This document shows positions 21,601-30,306 of a DNA stretch of 64,000 nucleotides, one piece after another. The position numbers were made by a program, and so were the translations under genes. Position 1 is the stretch's first letter. Every line of letters starts with the position of its first letter. The stretch comes from an uncultured virus (IMG/VR IMGVR_UViG_3300009605_000022) (Duplodnaviria; Heunggongvirae; Uroviricota; Caudoviricetes), in IMG/VR virus record IMGVR_UViG_3300009605_000022; one strand, given 5' to 3'. The notes beneath the pieces are model-generated. The model ran no database searches and was not told the origin of the DNA. It worked only from the letters and a program-made list of their open reading frames with translations.

Positions 21601-22001
21601 CTATTACACGAAAAGGAAAGGTTTTTATAGCTAAAACAGGTGTAGAAATCACTACAATAAGTTTTGCTAGTGTAGCATTAGGTGATACAGAGTCTGCTAC
21701 AGCTTTTGATGATAGAGGTCCCGGTACTAACTATGGATGGTTACATAAACTGAGACAAGTACAAGCTGAGAGTATTAGAGTATATTGGGATGAACCACAA
21801 AAAGATGGAACTTTTGTTAGATTCTGGGGTATTGTAACTGCTCTAAACGAGAGTCATCCAGCAGGAAGTCCAAAGTCTATAGTAAATTATAGCTTTGACA
21901 TGACTGTAGATAGTATTGCTTTGATAGATGAAAACAGTAGATTAATGACAGATATTTTCCCAATGGGAGGCTCAGAAATCAATGACCGAAATTACACCTA
22001 G
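18615..22001 (+). CDS. Tail protein with N-terminal PKD-like domain
   Basis: 'IDWGDG...THTYTATGTF'; likely start is the ATG at 18615 overlapping the upstream stop. Confidence 0.65.
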   Translation: MTLYFNAATGSATATGDVFTEVSGNLRFTKPDVRAVYIDWGDGEDPDGNFSHDRRYANYQWVKLDEPKENIITTHTYTATGTFNPVVQTVNSNGFFSRYTGAGADPGSYVLQPYSQNAFSTSNFTANNNQGGIQPITISDTEATAVLKSQNRTVFSGIDNSILEKEGPKLLYMVIPPLCTAAELTTVASATLQVKCVMDFSMIENGTQATEVGGGGRRIVTLEKTLAGAALSGASGITVLDELDDGTSATGLVSQVLEVKYLDPKPTTNLNVYSDNDIYNRFKMFVVVTGDDGFEYPLSYVTAGSPIKKANDPLRNTILDFGQSRAAASNVDISQYRYDVGKVWFQPANQWDITGTLHLGDATAQTNTTKTVGYTYSNVQPNGLNGVNTAAYLAFSDSSSARAAYDYGSLSQKFRTDQFIIDDFGRFLPQNHLTRVQVQPSSSTTTTSSQTSSMSVRPLPYRVTPTTLSTMSMATSGAATKLDVAPLASGNYSRAYVTESFNQRTSSATNLVSLSGVNTQTFDDMSGDPRTDNEYMILLFSEKMNMIGFNINNYAQTLINKTLSGSAVTPAETYKIGVSYLHIDNPDTRKQNAYWKDLEFEDTTRVGLELRNTTSGSYDYQYTSLGQSGYIKYDMPTDWKATNLDKLVGGQYLVNYSDATNEMSYTNTVTTAVGSTTITHAATYAPAAGYQVSGSGIPSGATIESITDSTHFIITEAATAAASVTCTFRYPGTDDIIVTGSTITDVGITASSTFGGVMKVTGLTGEDVTGGAIDLAGLGTADECGAFRYIALCNSSDNASASTRAKIEKRPLWVASGTSNGLNAARDELYLTYGDTETSGGNIYDPVAGGVGDTCVFVIRRINIYDVFNGVSKVQQGDNTSNVKLAPVDAQATAFPNSYVFSDTSTSTTTIGGAMTAAWSGSSNLKYALKLSIQGTGSADGGGSSVKAFPGIYNIFGMNNSYSMNVQEIDDSGWTLNALPITSDIASTQAGNYYQAITRKGKVFIAKTGVEITTISFASVALGDTESATAFDDRGPGTNYGWLHKLRQVQAESIRVYWDEPQKDGTFVRFWGIVTALNESHPAGSPKSIVNYSFDMTVDSIALIDENSRLMTDIFPMGGSEINDRNYT

Positions 22002-23028
22002 AATCACTATAGAAGGTGAGGATATGGATTACTTACAAGGTGACTACGTACAGCCCGGCAATCTCGGTGCTGCAACGTTGACCTTCTCTTTACCTTTGTC
22101 TTATGCAGGTGATAAAAAATTATGGAATAAAGAAGTTCTTATGTTTTTAAATAAACAAGACTCTGCTCCAATATTTCGTGGATATATAAGAAGAACTAAA
22201 AATACCTTTAATGAGATAGAAGTGTTTGCACAAGATGCTATAGGTTATTTAATAGAAGATGGAGATACTACAACTGCACAACTAAACTTAACTGAGACAG
22301 ACAATCTAGATGGACTGAGCGTATCAGCAGCTATTCAATTAGCAATTAAGAAAGCTCAACTAACCTCTAGACTTGGAGTGCTAGGCAATACTTCTCCAGT
22401 AATGAGCGTAGTTAGGCCCCCTATAAGGGGCACTATAAAGCTTTTAGATATAATAAAGACATTGCTTAGTAAAGCAGTGCTTAATACAGGCACTATACCT
22501 AGGCCTAATATAGCACGCTTAATAGATAATGGTAAGAAGAGCTTACTCTTAATAGAGCTACAGGCTGATTTAGATACTAGTCCTATAGTGCATAGCTACT
22601 CAGAGCTTAATAACATCCTGTCTTTAGATATTACTAATCGGAAGATTCCTTCTGTTTTGGTAGTAAACGGTAAAAATGGAGTAGCAGGAACATTTGCGCA
22701 CGATTCTGCAATTTCAGCTTTTGATAGGAATTACTTAACAGTAAGTAACGATTCATTAGAATCCCCTGCTGAGTGTAAAGACTTCGCACAAAAATTATTT
22801 AAAGCAAATGAAGTCGTACAATATGAGTATGGTATACTAACCTTAGAAGGTGCATACCTTATGGAAAATGATGTTATAAGAGTCGAAACTGATGACCCTA
22901 AGTTCTCTGGTAATTTTAGAGTAATAGGGAAGAAAGTTAGCTTCTCCCCATCTTCATATTCTGTTGGATTAAACATTAACCGTAAACCTCCTACACTCGC
23001 TGAGTATATCTCAAGTAGAGATAACTAA
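21982..23028 (+). CDS. Putative tail hub/baseplate protein
   Basis: 'PIFRGYI...IEVFAQD', 'DVIRV...FRVIGK' pattern; last gene of the tail operon. Confidence 0.55.
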   Translation: MTEITPRITIEGEDMDYLQGDYVQPGNLGAATLTFSLPLSYAGDKKLWNKEVLMFLNKQDSAPIFRGYIRRTKNTFNEIEVFAQDAIGYLIEDGDTTTAQLNLTETDNLDGLSVSAAIQLAIKKAQLTSRLGVLGNTSPVMSVVRPPIRGTIKLLDIIKTLLSKAVLNTGTIPRPNIARLIDNGKKSLLLIELQADLDTSPIVHSYSELNNILSLDITNRKIPSVLVVNGKNGVAGTFAHDSAISAFDRNYLTVSNDSLESPAECKDFAQKLFKANEVVQYEYGILTLEGAYLMENDVIRVETDDPKFSGNFRVIGKKVSFSPSSYSVGLNINRKPPTLAEYISSRDN

Positions 23029-23309
23029 GGATTGTTAGCTCGAGGGTTACCTGTTTTATTATCGCCTAATGGATTACCAGAACCTGATACTCTTTCGGAT
23101 GTTGGTGCGTAATCGCCACTCAAACCATTTCCTCCATAGCTTTCAGAGTTAGCAGCGTTCATTGTTCTTGCTGAAACTGTTCCTTCTATTTGTAATTCAC
23201 CTTCTAGACGAGTTACATCTGAGATACGTCCTTCTGAGTTCAAGTCTGCTTGTCTACCCATAGGTCGTCCTAGATTTTGATTAAAATTAATTTTGTTTAG
23301 TTCGGTCAT
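23025..23309 (-). CDS. Hypothetical protein
   Basis: 94-aa ORF closely packed in the minus-strand operon. Confidence 0.55.
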   Translation of the reverse strand: MTELNKINFNQNLGRPMGRQADLNSEGRISDVTRLEGELQIEGTVSARTMNAANSESYGGNGLSGDYAPTSERVSGSGNPLGDNKTGNPRANNP

Positions 23310-23310
23310 C

Positions 23311-23772
23311 TTAACCTTGTGGTTTGAAACCTACTCTACAGTATTCTATTGAAGTTGCTACGATTGCACCAGAATTTTTATTCTTGATAGATACAAACAA
23401 TTGGTCTATTCCTGTTAGTGGTAATACTGGATTACCTAATTGAATCACACATGAATCATTTGCACCGATAGCAGATACCGAAGGTATTAAGGTAAAGTCA
23501 GCTATACTTCCATCGTCGTCCATAAACTGGACAAGTCTGTCTGCTGCTGCTGCTCCATATGATAATGAAAATTGTAATTCTGTTGCGGCTAATGCCCCTG
23601 TAAAATTCATTCTCATCATCAAAGATGTATATTGTGTCATGTCGATTGCGACAGGATTTGTCCAACTTGCGTCGGCTGCTTTGCTACCTGATTCTCCGAA
23701 ATGTTGCCATGGGTCTGGCGCTACATTACGGCCGAGGTTTGTTCGTTCTTCACTTAGTGTTGTTAAAGTCAT
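23311..23772 (-). CDS. Hypothetical beta-rich protein
   Basis: 153-aa ORF with AGGAG RBS. Confidence 0.65.
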   Translation of the reverse strand: MTLTTLSEERTNLGRNVAPDPWQHFGESGSKAADASWTNPVAIDMTQYTSLMMRMNFTGALAATELQFSLSYGAAAADRLVQFMDDDGSIADFTLIPSVSAIGANDSCVIQLGNPVLPLTGIDQLFVSIKNKNSGAIVATSIEYCRVGFKPQG

Positions 23773-23808
23773 ATATTTTTACTCCTACCCGAAGGTCGTT
23801 TGAGAGGT

Positions 23809-25674
23809 TTAAATCTCACACTTATCGCCAACACATGCGAACTCAGCTTTACCTTGTGTATTGTCTTGAGTTTCATACGATGACAATTCGTTATAGTTAA
23901 TTAGGGGGAGGGCCTTTATAAGCCTTTCGTAAGTTCTATGGTCAATTTCCTCATAAGGAGCTAATTTGTACTTACCTCCAGAGTATGGTAAAAAGGATAC
24001 TCCATTTATAATATCCCAGTTCTGGTACACCCAGTTACCTACTTCGAACCACTCATCATCTCTCACATACACAGTCATACTAGCATTGTGTTCACACCAG
24101 TTGTGTTGTAAGTTTTTATAGTGTTTAAGCTGGTCTAAAGCTGTTACATCCTTTCTGGTTATACAACCATCAGGAGATTTAACTGGGAATTCTAACACCC
24201 ATGTAGATGCATCTTGTTTTGTTTGGCCATTCTCAGGGTTACATTTTATACCTGCATCTTTCATCATATTAAATAATGGGTCACGAGCTGCTATTCTGTA
24301 GCGACGAATGTAGTATTGAGAGTATCGTGGGTGAACTCCAGACGCTGAATCAACCAGTTGCGAAACTGTACCTGATGGTTTAACACAAGTAGTTGCTGCT
24401 GGCATCTTTGTCTTTAGTATACCTGATGCTTTGCGAGATATACGCAAAACACGGCTTTTAAGGGCCGTTAAGGCCTCCGAGGTCAAAACCGAGGGGTTAT
24501 CCATCTGACCCGTTAAACTGACGCCTAGAAGCGCTTCTACGTCACAATTCTTTTTCCACTCCTTTCTTAAGTAAGGAAAGTTGGTGAAAGAACTCTGTAT
24601 TACACCTAACCATGTGGCCGTCTCGACTTTGTCTAACAGCGTATCAAGGTCATCGTCTTCTCTAATTACTACTTCCGAGAGGTTACAAAATTGCATATCT
24701 CGCAACATTATTTCTCCACAAGGATTAGTACCCTGTATGAGTGGAGCGTAACGACGTGAAGGGGCTTTAGCTTGAGCTGAGGAAAGATTGAATATACCTC
24801 TTTCTCCAGTTCCTGATTTAGCTAATGCTCCCCACTCTATCAAGAAGTCTGCTGCGGATGGCTTCTCCCTAAATATAGCACTATTATTTGCCATAGCACG
24901 TTTAATAGGGAAGGGCCAGTCCTTAGCGTGACGCATATCTTTGTCATCAAGGTCGCTCAAAGAGATTTGTGAGCTGCGTCTAACTCCACCTACAACAACA
25001 ATCTCTGCAATCTGATTACATATATCATGAGCTTCGAGGGTTGTAAGCTTTCGACCTTGAGCATTGTGCATAGTTTCACGAATGAAGTCATGCAACTTTA
25101 CTAGCGGTGCGGGACCAGAAGCACGTCCACCCATAGTCATGAGGCGTGCACCTTCTAATCTTATCGCTGAGTAATCGAAATAAATGTTTTGTCCATCATA
25201 GAGGCTTCCCATAAGTGTCTTTACTGAGTCGGCCCAACCTGCCTTAGAATCTTCTATAAGAATCTTAGTCAAAGCTTGACCGGATTTAATTTCAGGCACT
25301 TCAGGCAATTTCATTACTTCTTCTGATTCCACTGAAAAGCCAAACCCCGTTCCACACATCAGTACATATAGGCACTCGGCGAAAGCCTCGATGGAGTTAA
25401 TCTTAGCAAAGGAGCAGTTATATATGCAAGTATTATCAGCCTTAGCTGCGGGACCTGCTGCCCATAAGAAACGCATAGAGGGCATTACTGCAAACTCTAA
25501 CATGTATTTTCTAATCTTGTTTATAGTCTTCTCAGGTATATCAGGTCTTTCTGAAATTATAAAACCTAAAAATCTTTCTATTGTTTCAGGCCAATCTTCT
25601 CGCCTGTTCTCTTCTTCTAACCAACGTGAATACGTTCTCTTATATATAAATTCTGCTACTTCATTTTTAAACAA
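23809..25674 (-). CDS. nrdJ: Class II (adenosylcobalamin-dependent) ribonucleotide reductase
   Basis: YNCSF, GTNPCGEI, FCNLSE, TCVKPSGT and C-terminal CxxxxC motifs; no beta-subunit gene in the window. Confidence 0.9.
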   Translation of the reverse strand: MFKNEVAEFIYKRTYSRWLEEENRREDWPETIERFLGFIISERPDIPEKTINKIRKYMLEFAVMPSMRFLWAAGPAAKADNTCIYNCSFAKINSIEAFAECLYVLMCGTGFGFSVESEEVMKLPEVPEIKSGQALTKILIEDSKAGWADSVKTLMGSLYDGQNIYFDYSAIRLEGARLMTMGGRASGPAPLVKLHDFIRETMHNAQGRKLTTLEAHDICNQIAEIVVVGGVRRSSQISLSDLDDKDMRHAKDWPFPIKRAMANNSAIFREKPSAADFLIEWGALAKSGTGERGIFNLSSAQAKAPSRRYAPLIQGTNPCGEIMLRDMQFCNLSEVVIREDDDLDTLLDKVETATWLGVIQSSFTNFPYLRKEWKKNCDVEALLGVSLTGQMDNPSVLTSEALTALKSRVLRISRKASGILKTKMPAATTCVKPSGTVSQLVDSASGVHPRYSQYYIRRYRIAARDPLFNMMKDAGIKCNPENGQTKQDASTWVLEFPVKSPDGCITRKDVTALDQLKHYKNLQHNWCEHNASMTVYVRDDEWFEVGNWVYQNWDIINGVSFLPYSGGKYKLAPYEEIDHRTYERLIKALPLINYNELSSYETQDNTQGKAEFACVGDKCEI

Positions 25675-25739
25675 ATTTTACCACTCCTTTTGCGGTTCAT
25701 TACTATAGTTTACGCTACTATAAAAGCCTTTTCTTAACT

Positions 25740-25928
25740 TTATAAATTATCTTCAGCATATTGTTTCATCTGCTGATAACCGATAATCTTTGTTAACTCA
25801 GTATAAACTAAGTTTTTATCTATGAGGTTGCCGAAGCTACCTGCTGCCATTCTATCGACTAAGTCTTTCTTAGCCTGTGTAATATCTTTATCACACTGTT
25901 CTATTATATCATCTTTACTTACTGTCAT
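25740..25928 (-). CDS. Hypothetical protein
   Basis: 62-aa ORF in the operon. Confidence 0.55.
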   Translation of the reverse strand: MTVSKDDIIEQCDKDITQAKKDLVDRMAAGSFGNLIDKNLVYTELTKIIGYQQMKQYAEDNL

Positions 25929-26025
25929 TTCATCATTCCTTTTTTATAATCTATTAGTACGCGATGCCCGCAATCACAATCCTCTTTAGGAGGACAAAGA
26001 CAACGGGCGGTACTGGATAACACTC

Positions 26026-26262
26026 TTATGCGAGTATATCCTTCATGCCTAAATCCCCATTCTGGTGAGTGAGTACATCACTTTCAGGGACCTCCATTGG
26101 GTCTCTTTCTCCAGATTTAGGATTGAATCTAAGAACCTTAACCATTACGACTTTTGGTTCTTCCTTAACTTCTTCGACTACTTCTTTAGTAGCCTTTTTG
26201 CTGGCTGCTTTTTTAGCTGCCATGTTTATTCCGCCTCCAAGACGGGGCCACCGTGACGCCAT
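26026..26262 (-). CDS. Hypothetical protein (start may be at MAAKK, 26223)
   Basis: GGAGG RBS before MAAKKAASKK. Confidence 0.55.
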   Translation of the reverse strand: MASRWPRLGGGINMAAKKAASKKATKEVVEEVKEEPKVVMVKVLRFNPKSGERDPMEVPESDVLTHQNGDLGMKDILA

Positions 26263-26310
26263 ACGACTCTAAATCCTTCTGGAGCTGGGTCTCCCTCAGT
26301 CCATTTTGGT

Positions 26311-26487
26311 TTACTTTCTTTTGGTTTTACGGGTGCTTCTGCTTTTACTTTTTTTGCCTCTTTTGACATTTTTCTTCACCTTCTTTGGTAGTTTTGCGCC
26401 CTTAGGCGTCTCCTTCTCCCATTTCTTCGCCATCTTCGGCTTGTTCGCGTGCATCCACGCTCTCTGTTTCTTCGACTTGAACGGCAT
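26311..26487 (-). CDS. Small highly basic protein (MPFKSKKQRAWMHAN...)
   Basis: Pattern common in small phage proteins; Lys-rich; GGAGG upstream. Confidence 0.65.
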   Translation of the reverse strand: MPFKSKKQRAWMHANKPKMAKKWEKETPKGAKLPKKVKKNVKRGKKSKSRSTRKTKRK

Positions 26488-26779
26488 TATTCTGTTCCTC
26501 CTGTGCTTCTTGCAATCTATTAATGAAAGATTGCCACTCCATAACGATATCTTGCTCTTCAACAAAGTCCTGTACGATTTGTGAGTTCCGTTGTAATACT
26601 TCACTCATTTCACTCAACTGAGAGTTTTGTGTGTCCATCTGTTCAGATGACAGTCTTAACTGTGCTACTAACCAATTCATGTTGTCCATTGTTTTAGTAG
26701 GTCCAGTTGCTTGCTCGAACCGCTTCATCCAGTCCTCGACTATATTTAGTCTCTTTTCCATTCTTTTTGCTGTTGCCAT
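26402..26779 (-). CDS. Hypothetical coiled-coil protein with acidic tail
   Basis: 125-aa ORF directly after the primase. Confidence 0.6.
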   Translation of the reverse strand: MATAKRMEKRLNIVEDWMKRFEQATGPTKTMDNMNWLVAQLRLSSEQMDTQNSQLSEMSEVLQRNSQIVQDFVEEQDIVMEWQSFINRLQEAQEEQNNAVQVEETESVDAREQAEDGEEMGEGDA

Positions 26780-26791
26780 ATTTATACCAAC

Positions 26792-27859
26792 TTATTCACT
26801 ACACAAGTTACATTCGCTGCTGCAAACGTTTGCTCGTATTAATTTATCCTTCGAATATCTATTTAAAGCTTTCTGTCTAATGAGCCTTATTTGACGTCCA
26901 CCCTCTCTAGGATTGTCCGTATACCAGCCATATTCGCCTGCCGGTTCATTATATATACTCTTAAATATAAAAGAGATATCTGCATCTTGATAGCCTGCAT
27001 TTACTAATTCTGTTGCTATTATATTATTATGTTCATGATGACTGTGTCCTTTCTGGATAGAATCTTCTATGAGTTTTTGTACGCAAGGTCTTACTGGCTT
27101 TATATACTCTGCTGTAAAGTCAGCCTTGGTTGTCGTAATACCTGCATTCTTTTCTAATTCATTCAACAAGAAGTCTACACTGTTTGATACAGTATGCTTT
27201 ACATCATGCATATCACATACAAACTCTACAAATCTTCTTAAAGCTTTTTTACTTTTGTCAGATGGTATAGTTTCTGGTCTACCTTCTTTAGCTATAGAAT
27301 AGAACCAATCCATATCATTCTTCTTATCCATTATTTCATCAACTGAGAACTGTGTACAATACACCTCTCCAGACATATGTTTAGTATTAACTACTCTTCG
27401 CATACATGATACACTATTCTGAACACATATATCATCTAATGTACTGAGGTAATACTTCTTTTTAAGGTGCTTCAAATACTCTTGTATAGCTGGTCGCTTC
27501 ACGTGTTCCGGTAAGTCCACTGGCATAAAGAAGTCTATATTCATTTGAAAGCCCTTGCCCCCTGTAAGATATATCCTTGGGGTAATCTTTTGTGGTTTGC
27601 AAAACCGGCGTATAAATTTTCTCACATCCTTTAAACATTTTTCTACATCCTTTTTATCATCAAAATCAAACCAAATAGTGTCTATTAAAGCTGAATCGTA
27701 ATTAGCTCTACCATCAGGTTTATCTTTAGAATCATCAAATACATATACACTGGCATAACAATTCTTTACACCATTGTATTTTTTTACTTGTGTTTTTATA
27801 TCAGCTACACTGTAGCATCTGGCTATTCTTGCGGGGATTCCGAATTCTCTGTAGTACAT
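26792..27859 (-). CDS. Archaeo-eukaryotic primase (PriS-like with probable PriL-like C-terminal Fe-S domain)
   Basis: N-terminal YYREFG, WFDFD, TGGKGF, RVVNTKH; C-terminal PC...H...YS...C..C..C. Confidence 0.8.
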   Translation of the reverse strand: MYYREFGIPARIARCYSVADIKTQVKKYNGVKNCYASVYVFDDSKDKPDGRANYDSALIDTIWFDFDDKKDVEKCLKDVRKFIRRFCKPQKITPRIYLTGGKGFQMNIDFFMPVDLPEHVKRPAIQEYLKHLKKKYYLSTLDDICVQNSVSCMRRVVNTKHMSGEVYCTQFSVDEIMDKKNDMDWFYSIAKEGRPETIPSDKSKKALRRFVEFVCDMHDVKHTVSNSVDFLLNELEKNAGITTTKADFTAEYIKPVRPCVQKLIEDSIQKGHSHHEHNNIIATELVNAGYQDADISFIFKSIYNEPAGEYGWYTDNPREGGRQIRLIRQKALNRYSKDKLIRANVCSSECNLCSE

Positions 27860-28125
27860 TTTCTTAAGACCTCAATCTTCTGTGCCCAATCTTTGGGTAT
27901 CGCTAAGATATCCACTCCATCGGTGTCAGACCAGTGCTGGACTAGTATTAAAACCTTTGGGTCATCTATTATCAGTTCACCTATAGTTTCACATACAGCT
28001 AAATGCATCTCTGGTCGCTTAGCGTTTATCGTATGTAGTTTTATTTGTTGAGCAGCATCATTCCATGTTACTTTAACAAGGTCTCCTACATGTCCTAACT
28101 CTGAAGCGTAAACCATTCTTTCCAA
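27823..28125 (-). CDS. Conserved phage-type hypothetical protein
   Basis: 'VKVTWNDA...CETIG...AIPK' pattern. Confidence 0.6.
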   Translation of the reverse strand: MERMVYASELGHVGDLVKVTWNDAAQQIKLHTINAKRPEMHLAVCETIGELIIDDPKVLILVQHWSDTDGVDILAIPKDWAQKIEVLRKCTTENSESPQE

Positions 28126-28454
28126 TCCTCAAACAACCCTGCAACAATAGACAAATCATTATCATGTTTATAATACTTGCTATTAGGTGGGGTTTCATTA
28201 ACCATTACAGCATTGTGTGGTCTTTCAAACAATACTCTGTCATGTGGTATCTGGTTATCTGCTAACCATTCTTTAGTTGCCATAACCCAATCTAATGAGT
28301 TAGGTCTCTTACACCATATAGTTATAGTGTGTCCTTGTTTTTTTAACCACATCATAAACTCTTTTACGTTGGTTAATACTCTTGCTCTTTCTACTTCAAT
28401 GTAGTCTGTACATGGTGTACATATTATTCCATCCATTCCGAATACTAAATTCAT
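28095..28454 (-). CDS. HAD-superfamily-like protein with degenerate motif I
   Basis: 'LVFGMDGIIC', 'GHTITIWCKR', 'TKEWLADNQIPHD'. Confidence 0.6.
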   Translation of the reverse strand: MNLVFGMDGIICTPCTDYIEVERARVLTNVKEFMMWLKKQGHTITIWCKRPNSLDWVMATKEWLADNQIPHDRVLFERPHNAVMVNETPPNSKYYKHDNDLSIVAGLFEDWKEWFTLQS

Positions 28455-30016
28455 TTCTTTTCCTTCTTTATATTATTAATCCAAGTTCTCCACTTATCTC
28501 CAACAGGAACCCAGTCATAATATTTTTTCATATGTTCTCTTGCGTTCTTTCCATGCTCTAACCTAAGCTGAGGATTATTATAATATAATTCTATTGCTTG
28601 TGCTATAGCTGGTTCTGAGACTAACGCTCTTTGTGGTGCTGCTCTTTTAGGAGTATCCCACCACATATCTTTATAAGGTAAAGCGATACCTCTATCACTT
28701 ACATCCTTTTCTAAATCTAAATAATCCCTACCGTTCTGTGCATCACTTCCAAGTGGCATCAGTGGTACTTCTTCTTTTAAGTCATCTGGATTCTTCATCA
28801 TTGTTAACTCGTATCCTGTAGTATAGTTAGTTAATGCACATGGAACTCCACATGACATAGCTTCTATAGATGGGATACCGAACCCTTCTCCACCAGTAGG
28901 TAAAATAAATACATCCATCTGATTGTATATCAAATCTACCATCTCTTGTTCTGTTAATGATTGGTTAGCATCGACACTTCCCATTACTGGTTCATACATA
29001 TACTCTCGAACTCCATACATCTTGGTCATATTATCTATATCCCAACCCATGTAGTCATCCCATTGCATATGTAAAAGTAATTTAATCTGGTCAGGTTTCA
29101 AGTCATTATCTTTAACGAACTGAGAAAAACCTTTTATTAAACGTGGAATGTTCTTTCTATGTTGATTACGCGCAACGCAGCCAACAACGAAAGCTTTGTG
29201 GCCTTTATCTACCAACTTAGGTTTAAAGAATTTTGTATCTACTCCATGTGGTATGTAAGTTAATTTTTTATTAAACTCTTTCAACTGAGGAAACTCAGCA
29301 GCTGCTACTGCTTTACCATACCGAGACATAGCTACAGGATAATCAAAGTCTTGAAATATAGGTGCCCACTCAGGTATTGCTGGTTGACCATCAAAAGGTA
29401 TTATACCACCTACTTTCCATGGTACTCCTGCATAGAGTCTTTTATATGCATCGTTAACCATATTCTGTCTTTGTATTCTTGTAAACTTTGTTCCATCTGG
29501 TTTCATTGCTGGAAGTTGAATACCTGCTGGTTTCTTCTTCTCTACAATATGAGCAAACATTTGTACATCTAAGTGAGTAAATATAAGGTTAGGTTGGAAA
29601 TTACGAATCCATTCATCCATAGATTTCTCTCCAAACTTTTCTTCACCGGGATGCATTATAGGTAACAGTTCAATATGTTCTTTCTTCTCGTCTTGACCGA
29701 GAGGCCATTCTATATCATATGCTGCGTGTTCAGGGTTTTGACATCCTGCATACCCAACATGTATACCTTCACCTGCAAATATAGCAGATATGTTTTTAGT
29801 ATTAGTTCCAAAGCCAGTAGGTGCCCATGGGCTATCTGATACTGGCATTACTCTAAATGCATCTTTCTTCCTAAGCTCAATTAATTGTTCACTTAGATTA
29901 GTAGGTATCTGTTGTTTCTTCTGCCACTCTACTTCATGTTTAGTAGGGGGCCTATTTCTCTGTACTTTCGGCGTAGCTTTCGCTATGCTCTTAGTAATAT
30001 CTTTACGTTTCTTCAT
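28451..30016 (-). CDS. GT-B glycosyltransferase (family 4-like)
   Basis: TGFG, IPHGVD, RNQHRKN, EGFGIPSIEAMSCGVP. Confidence 0.9.
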   Translation of the reverse strand: MKKRKDITKSIAKATPKVQRNRPPTKHEVEWQKKQQIPTNLSEQLIELRKKDAFRVMPVSDSPWAPTGFGTNTKNISAIFAGEGIHVGYAGCQNPEHAAYDIEWPLGQDEKKEHIELLPIMHPGEEKFGEKSMDEWIRNFQPNLIFTHLDVQMFAHIVEKKKPAGIQLPAMKPDGTKFTRIQRQNMVNDAYKRLYAGVPWKVGGIIPFDGQPAIPEWAPIFQDFDYPVAMSRYGKAVAAAEFPQLKEFNKKLTYIPHGVDTKFFKPKLVDKGHKAFVVGCVARNQHRKNIPRLIKGFSQFVKDNDLKPDQIKLLLHMQWDDYMGWDIDNMTKMYGVREYMYEPVMGSVDANQSLTEQEMVDLIYNQMDVFILPTGGEGFGIPSIEAMSCGVPCALTNYTTGYELTMMKNPDDLKEEVPLMPLGSDAQNGRDYLDLEKDVSDRGIALPYKDMWWDTPKRAAPQRALVSEPAIAQAIELYYNNPQLRLEHGKNAREHMKKYYDWVPVGDKWRTWINNIKKEKK

Positions 30017-30027
30017 GTTCCATTCCT

Positions 30028-30222
30028 TTACTGTTTGATTGCTATTATATCCTGTTTGTTAACAATAACCGTACCTTTTTGTCCAGTAAGATAAACAAAA
30101 TGTTCATCATCCTTTACAATCTTTCCTCGACCAACTTTGGTCTTCTCCTCTTCACGCCAAACCACCTTGACTTCTGCATCGCTTAAGAACGTTGCTAATT
30201 GTGTGTTTTCATCTCCATCCAT
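30028..30222 (-). CDS. Putative Sm/Hfq-like fold protein
   Basis: 64 aa; VKVVW...GKIVKDDEHFVYL...IVNKQDIIAI matches the Sm1/Sm2 spacing. Confidence 0.45.
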   Translation of the reverse strand: MDGDENTQLATFLSDAEVKVVWREEEKTKVGRGKIVKDDEHFVYLTGQKGTVIVNKQDIIAIKQ

Positions 30223-30306
30223 TTAATTCACCACGTTGTGGCGGAGCTCGCTACGGCGAGTCCTTTATATATTTCCGCTTGATGAGTATTTAAAGCTTGT
30301 GGCATT

